DNA of 64,000 bases from an uncultured delta proteobacterium (GTDB lineage Bacteria; Desulfobacterota; Binatia; Binatales; Binataceae), in contig CAVQEQ010000002.1 of NCBI GenBank assembly GCA_963711565.1, positions 96,001 to 160,000 of the forward strand. Reading direction: 5' to 3'. Under the pieces are notes generated by a model that was not told the origin of the DNA, did no database searches, and worked only from the letters and a program-made list of their open reading frames with translations. Positions 60,187 through 64,000 of this stretch are shown here, one piece after another. The translations under genes were made by a program, and so were the position numbers. Numbering within the stretch: the first letter of the stretch is position 1; each line of letters starts with the position of its first letter.

Positions 60187-61062
60187 TTATTCCTCAGGCG
60201 GCCGCGGCCGCGGATTTGTGTCGAACTTGGGTAGCTGGACAAAGAACAGCAGGCAGTCTTCCATGACCTCCAGCTCGCGGCCCGTGTCGGCGGGATCGAC
60301 GCGGAAGGCCGAGTGAGTGTCGAGCACCTCGCCGGAGGTGACGTCGCGGATTGCGCCGCTCTCGACAAACAGGAGCTCGGGCGCGCGATGCCGATCGACT
60401 TTGTGGCGCGAGCCGCGCGCGGCGCGAATCTCGCCGATGTTCAGAGCGCGCTCGCCGAACGTCGCCATGTGCTTCAACTCGAAGCCGGGGTCGCGCGTCG
60501 CCAGCCATCCGAAGCCGTCGGGATATATGATGATGGGTTCCTCGTAACGCGGCGGCGGATACTCGACGGCGCGCCCGTTGACGTGCTCCCATATCGCCTC
60601 GTAGCCGTCCTTGCGAGTGACGCGGCCGTCGGGAGTCGAGCGCGTGAAGACTCCGGCGTCAAATTTCCCGAGGTCGGACAATTTTTCGTAGCCGCGGTTC
60701 AACTGCTGATAGCTCATGAAGCCGTAGCCGGCCGAGCCGCCCATCTGGAGCAGCAGCACGATCGATTTGCTGGTGTCGGACTGCGGGCCGTAGAAGGTGC
60801 CCTCGGGAAAATAGCCAACCGTGCCGGCCTTCAGATCCTTGCCGGGTGCGTAGTTCATCGCGCCTTCGAGGCATAGCCGGACCTGGTCGAAGTTGTGGCG
60901 ATGGCGCGGCGTGAAATAGTCGCCGGCCGTTCGCACAATACTCAGTTCGAAATTGTCGGGTGAGCCGGGCGCACCTTGCAGCAGGCGCTTGAAGTCGATC
61001 CCGCCCGAGCGATGCCCCGAAACTTCGCCCCATTCAACGTCGGCAGCGTGTACCGTTTGCAT
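60187..61062 (-). CDS. Cupin-fold hypothetical protein
   Basis: TPRHRHNFDQVR and YFPEG..YGPQ; second cupin-like half (ELLFVESG). Confidence 0.7.
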   Translation of the reverse strand: MQTVHAADVEWGEVSGHRSGGIDFKRLLQGAPGSPDNFELSIVRTAGDYFTPRHRHNFDQVRLCLEGAMNYAPGKDLKAGTVGYFPEGTFYGPQSDTSKSIVLLLQMGGSAGYGFMSYQQLNRGYEKLSDLGKFDAGVFTRSTPDGRVTRKDGYEAIWEHVNGRAVEYPPPRYEEPIIIYPDGFGWLATRDPGFELKHMATFGERALNIGEIRAARGSRHKVDRHRAPELLFVESGAIRDVTSGEVLDTHSAFRVDPADTGRELEVMEDCLLFFVQLPKFDTNPRPRPPEE

Positions 61063-61113
61063 AGCTGTGGGGTAGCGCGGGCGTGTGCGCGCGTCAAGGA
61101 TTCACGATGCGCC

Positions 61114-61689
61114 CTATGCGGGGTGGTGCTCCCTCAGAATAGCACCGCAGGCTGAGATAGCCTCGAGCACGCCGTCGGCAACGCGTCCTGCTTTCACAGT
61201 AGCCAGGAACCTGTTAACGATTTTGTTCCACGCTCCGTCCGGCGCGAGGGCGTGAGTCTGGTGATCGGCGATGATCTCCACGTAGCGCTCGCCGAGCGAC
61301 ACGAACAGGAGGATCCGATGCGGCTGATTTGGGTTTGCGAGCGCATGCGCGTTGAATTCGCGATGCGCGAGTTGTTGAGAGCGAGCGTGCTGGACCTGCT
61401 TCGGAACGAGCCAGAGCCGGATTGGAAGCCAGTCGAAGAAGAGAGTCAGCACAATCAAGGACCACAGTTGGACAGCGATCACGGTGCGGCTCGAGAGATC
61501 GGGCCGCAGCAGACTTACGAGCGCGCCTAGCAGAATCGCGACGATAGCAGCGCATGCGATTGGATACAGCGCATAGCGATCGCTGACGCGCGTCACAACG
61601 ACGCAAAGGTCGGCAGAGGTATCGCGCTCGATCGCGGCCATCGCGGCGTCGATGCGCTCGTGCTCTTCGGGTGTGAATGGATCTACCAT
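61114..61689 (-). CDS. TPM-domain membrane protein
   Basis: IDAAMAAIERDTSADL, ILLFVSLGERYVEIIAD, ACGAILREH. Confidence 0.85.
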   Translation of the reverse strand: MVDPFTPEEHERIDAAMAAIERDTSADLCVVVTRVSDRYALYPIACAAIVAILLGALVSLLRPDLSSRTVIAVQLWSLIVLTLFFDWLPIRLWLVPKQVQHARSQQLAHREFNAHALANPNQPHRILLFVSLGERYVEIIADHQTHALAPDGAWNKIVNRFLATVKAGRVADGVLEAISACGAILREHHPA

Positions 61690-61691
61690 AG

Positions 61692-62522
61692 TCACCAACT
61701 TCCGGATGCGCCGCCGCCGCCGAAGGATCCGCCTCCGCCGGAGAAGCCGCCGCCACCGCCACCGCCACCATAGAATCCGCCGCCACCCCAGCCTCCCGGG
61801 CCTTGGCCCGATACTCCGGGTCCCCAATAAGCGCCGTCGTAGTCTGGTGAATATGCGGCTCGAGGTGGACGCGGGACACTCGACTGAGCTACCGCGATGA
61901 TTATCTGAATCAGAAGCATAACCAGGAAGGGGAGGAACACCACCAGACTGCTCGTATGCGCCCTCACGTTCGCGGGAGCTGGTTCGCCGCCCAACACCGC
62001 GAGTATCGATCGGGTGCCGGCTATGACGCCGGCGTTGAAGTCTCCGCGCTTGAAGCTGGGCAGAATATAGTTCTGGATTATCGTGCTGCAGATGGCGTCG
62101 GTAAGCGTTCCTTCGAGGCCGTAGCCTACCTCGATACGAACTTTGTGCTCGCTGGGCGCAACGATAAGTATCGCGCCGGTGTTCTTGCCTTTCTGCCCGA
62201 TGCCCCAGTAGCGGCCGAGCTGATAGCCGTAGTCCTCGATCGTATATCCTTGCAGCGACGGCAAGGTCACTACGACGACTTGCTCGCCAGTTGCGCGCTC
62301 GTGCGCCGCCAGCATGTCGGTGAGCCGGCTTTGGGTCGAAGCATTCAGAATGCCGGCGTCGTCAACGACGCGGCCGGTGAGCGGCGGAAAGTTCGGCTCC
62401 GCGGCGAGTGTCGGCGATGCGAAAATCAGCAGAAGGAAAACCAGCGCGGCGAATCCAGCTCGAAATTTGTAGCGCGATTGCGTCGCGCGGCGCGCCTCTG
62501 GAATTTCGGAGATTTGGTTCAT
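61692..62522 (-). CDS. TPM-domain protein (YgcG-like)
   Basis: LTGRVVDDAGIL, WGIGQKGKNTG, RIEVGYGLEG, GGGGSFGGGGASGSW tail. Confidence 0.92.
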   Translation of the reverse strand: MNQISEIPEARRATQSRYKFRAGFAALVFLLLIFASPTLAAEPNFPPLTGRVVDDAGILNASTQSRLTDMLAAHERATGEQVVVVTLPSLQGYTIEDYGYQLGRYWGIGQKGKNTGAILIVAPSEHKVRIEVGYGLEGTLTDAICSTIIQNYILPSFKRGDFNAGVIAGTRSILAVLGGEPAPANVRAHTSSLVVFLPFLVMLLIQIIIAVAQSSVPRPPRAAYSPDYDGAYWGPGVSGQGPGGWGGGGFYGGGGGGGGFSGGGGSFGGGGASGSW

Positions 62523-62630
62523 CACCCGCCGCTGGAAGCGGCGACCGCTCCCCTCGTGGGGACAAGGGAAGATGAACTCACGGGTGGATGGGATTTTTGC
62601 AGTCACCAGCTTCCTGATGCGCTTCCGTCT

Positions 62631-62791
62631 TTAGCAGTCTGTTGAAAAAGTAATTTTCGACGCCTGCTCCCCCTCTCTTGTCTCCCCCAAAGGGGGAGAA
62701 GTTGTAGGTAAGAAGACAGCTTCTATGCAGAGTGTTGAAGCGCTTGAAATCAAATCCACGAGTTGCATCTAGTTCTTCAACACCCTGCTAA
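62631..62791. mobile_element. Non-autonomous miniature inverted-repeat element or IS scar
   Basis: TTAGCAGTCTGTTGAAAAA (62631-62649) versus reverse complement of 62773-62791 match 16/19; third internal end-like copy at 62727-62740; no transposase. Confidence 0.6.
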
Positions 62792-62829
62792 GGGCTTCGC
62801 CCCAAGCCCTACAAAATCAAATAGACAAA

Positions 62830-63657
62830 TCATCGAATGTCCGACTTCACAGAGCCGCAACGCACTGCGCGTGCGTAGTCGTGGTCGGTCTTACCGGCGC
62901 TGAGCACGTCGCCATCGCCGAAGAGCACGCCCCACGCGAGCATCGAACCGGGGGGCGGAACGATCGGACTGGGGGCGTAGGTCGAACCCGACCAGTAATA
63001 GCCTTTCGATGGGCCGGCAGACTCCGTGCAACTGCACTCCCTGGTATGCTTGGCGCCATCCACAGTACAGCCTGATGTGCAGTAATTGTTAAACGCCGCA
63101 TCTACCGGCGGAAGGTAGGTCTCGTAGTCCACGATGCTCTGCAGCTCCTTGACGTTTGGTATGCGCCAGTCGCAGTAGCGGGCGAAGCAGGGCGAGGTGT
63201 TGAGCTGAGCAACCCACTGGAAGATCGTCATTCCGCCGCCTGAGACGTTGCACGTCCCGTCGCCCGAGCAATCCGCGTCGGTGCCGCACACCGTGGTGGA
63301 GCTGTTCGAGCACGTCCCCTGCCAGGGGTAGGTGTTATCCCAGTTGTGGAGACCACCGCCGGCCTGGTCCTTCTTCTCCCACATGAGGTTGGTATTTTCG
63401 TCCGTGACAGTGCCATCGCCGTTGTCGCGGTATCTGAGCGGTGCGCCGGCCCTGATGTCACCGTCATCGCCGGCCACATAGGAAGTGGTCTGCCCCGTGG
63501 CAGGGAACTTCTGGGGTTCGAGAGAGGACGGGCAACCCTCGGCAGGTAGGGGAAATACTGCCGTCGCCTCCCCTTGGTCAGATTGGGTGTATCCAGCGCG
63601 CGCCCACAGTAGCGTGATACACACCGCAATAAGCGTCAGACTTGATTTTCCCATCAT
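62830..63657 (-). CDS. Secreted DUF1566 (Lcl-domain) protein
   Basis: TGQTT.Y..GDDG, DNGDGTVTD..TNLMWEKK, DWRIPNVKELQSIVDY, YYWS, ARAVR. Confidence 0.88.
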   Translation of the reverse strand: MMGKSSLTLIAVCITLLWARAGYTQSDQGEATAVFPLPAEGCPSSLEPQKFPATGQTTSYVAGDDGDIRAGAPLRYRDNGDGTVTDENTNLMWEKKDQAGGGLHNWDNTYPWQGTCSNSSTTVCGTDADCSGDGTCNVSGGGMTIFQWVAQLNTSPCFARYCDWRIPNVKELQSIVDYETYLPPVDAAFNNYCTSGCTVDGAKHTRECSCTESAGPSKGYYWSGSTYAPSPIVPPPGSMLAWGVLFGDGDVLSAGKTDHDYARAVRCGSVKSDIR

Positions 63658-63703
63658 ACTTGTCCCCTCTGGAATGGAAGTTCTCTTCTGTGCGCCAACT
63701 CTG

Positions 63704-63859
63704 TCAAGCGGCGCTCGTTGTGCCAAGCACAGTAAAGGCGGCGGATACCTCAGTAGCGGCCGAGTTGCCGGCCGAAATCCTCGACGTGAGAATCAGTAGC
63801 AGGATGAGCGCGGTACTCGCCGCTCGACCGACCTCGTTCGGCCGTGCGCGAGGCAGCAT
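63704..63859 (-). pseudogene. Possible 5' stub of a disrupted TPM gene coupled to lemA
   Basis: TGATG overlap with the lemA stop; 51 aa with a signal-like stretch ALILLLILTS, then no recognisable domain. Confidence 0.4.
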
Positions 63860-64000
63860 CAGAATTTGACCTGGGGTACCTGTTGGGCTTGGTCGGAGAT
63901 CGTGAAGGTCTCGCGGACTTTCATCTCAGGGTAGAGGATCGCGGCTATCCAGCGCTGCGGGATAGTCCTGAGCGCGGTGTTGTACTCCTGCACAGCGAGA
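63859..64000 (-). CDS. lemA: LemA family protein (3' end only)
   Basis: AVQEYNTALRTIPQRWIA...QQVPQVKF*; upstream of TPM genes as in the usual lemA-TPM operon. Confidence 0.85.
   Translation of the reverse strand, partial: LAVQEYNTALRTIPQRWIAAILYPEMKVRETFTISDQAQQVPQVKF

Noticed and set aside
58457-60316. 619-aa plus-strand ORF
   Set aside because: Antisense to the SDR and Rieske genes

Overview
GC-rich bacterial chromosome segment. Gene content (LLM flavoproteins, DUF1329, DUF1566, many small TA modules) resembles Candidatus Binatota or a related soil lineage, but that is inference only. The backbone is ordinary: etfBA, acyl-CoA catabolism, a kdp potassium operon, mdtABC efflux, AsmA, M20 peptidase, a Rieske/SDR/LLM operon and lemA-TPM genes. 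No rRNA, tRNA, CRISPR array or intact transposase was seen. Main points of interest: (1) three tandem, divergent, secreted collagen-like paralogues with nearly equal uninterrupted Gly-X-Y lengths (30/28/29 triplets), a C1q-like architecture that may form a heterotrimer, next to a secreted di-heme peroxidase-like protein; (2) a GrdB/PrdB-type selenoprotein split by the ORF caller at an in-frame UGA (UxxC) with a clear SECIS hairpin; (3) a kdp operon with a sigma54 promoter, split KdpD and an NtrC-type regulator instead of KdpE; (4) two candidate ribosome-sensing leaders upstream of an ABC-F and an ABC-2 exporter; (5) several orphan gene stubs flanking accessory genes, and two short structured repeat families.
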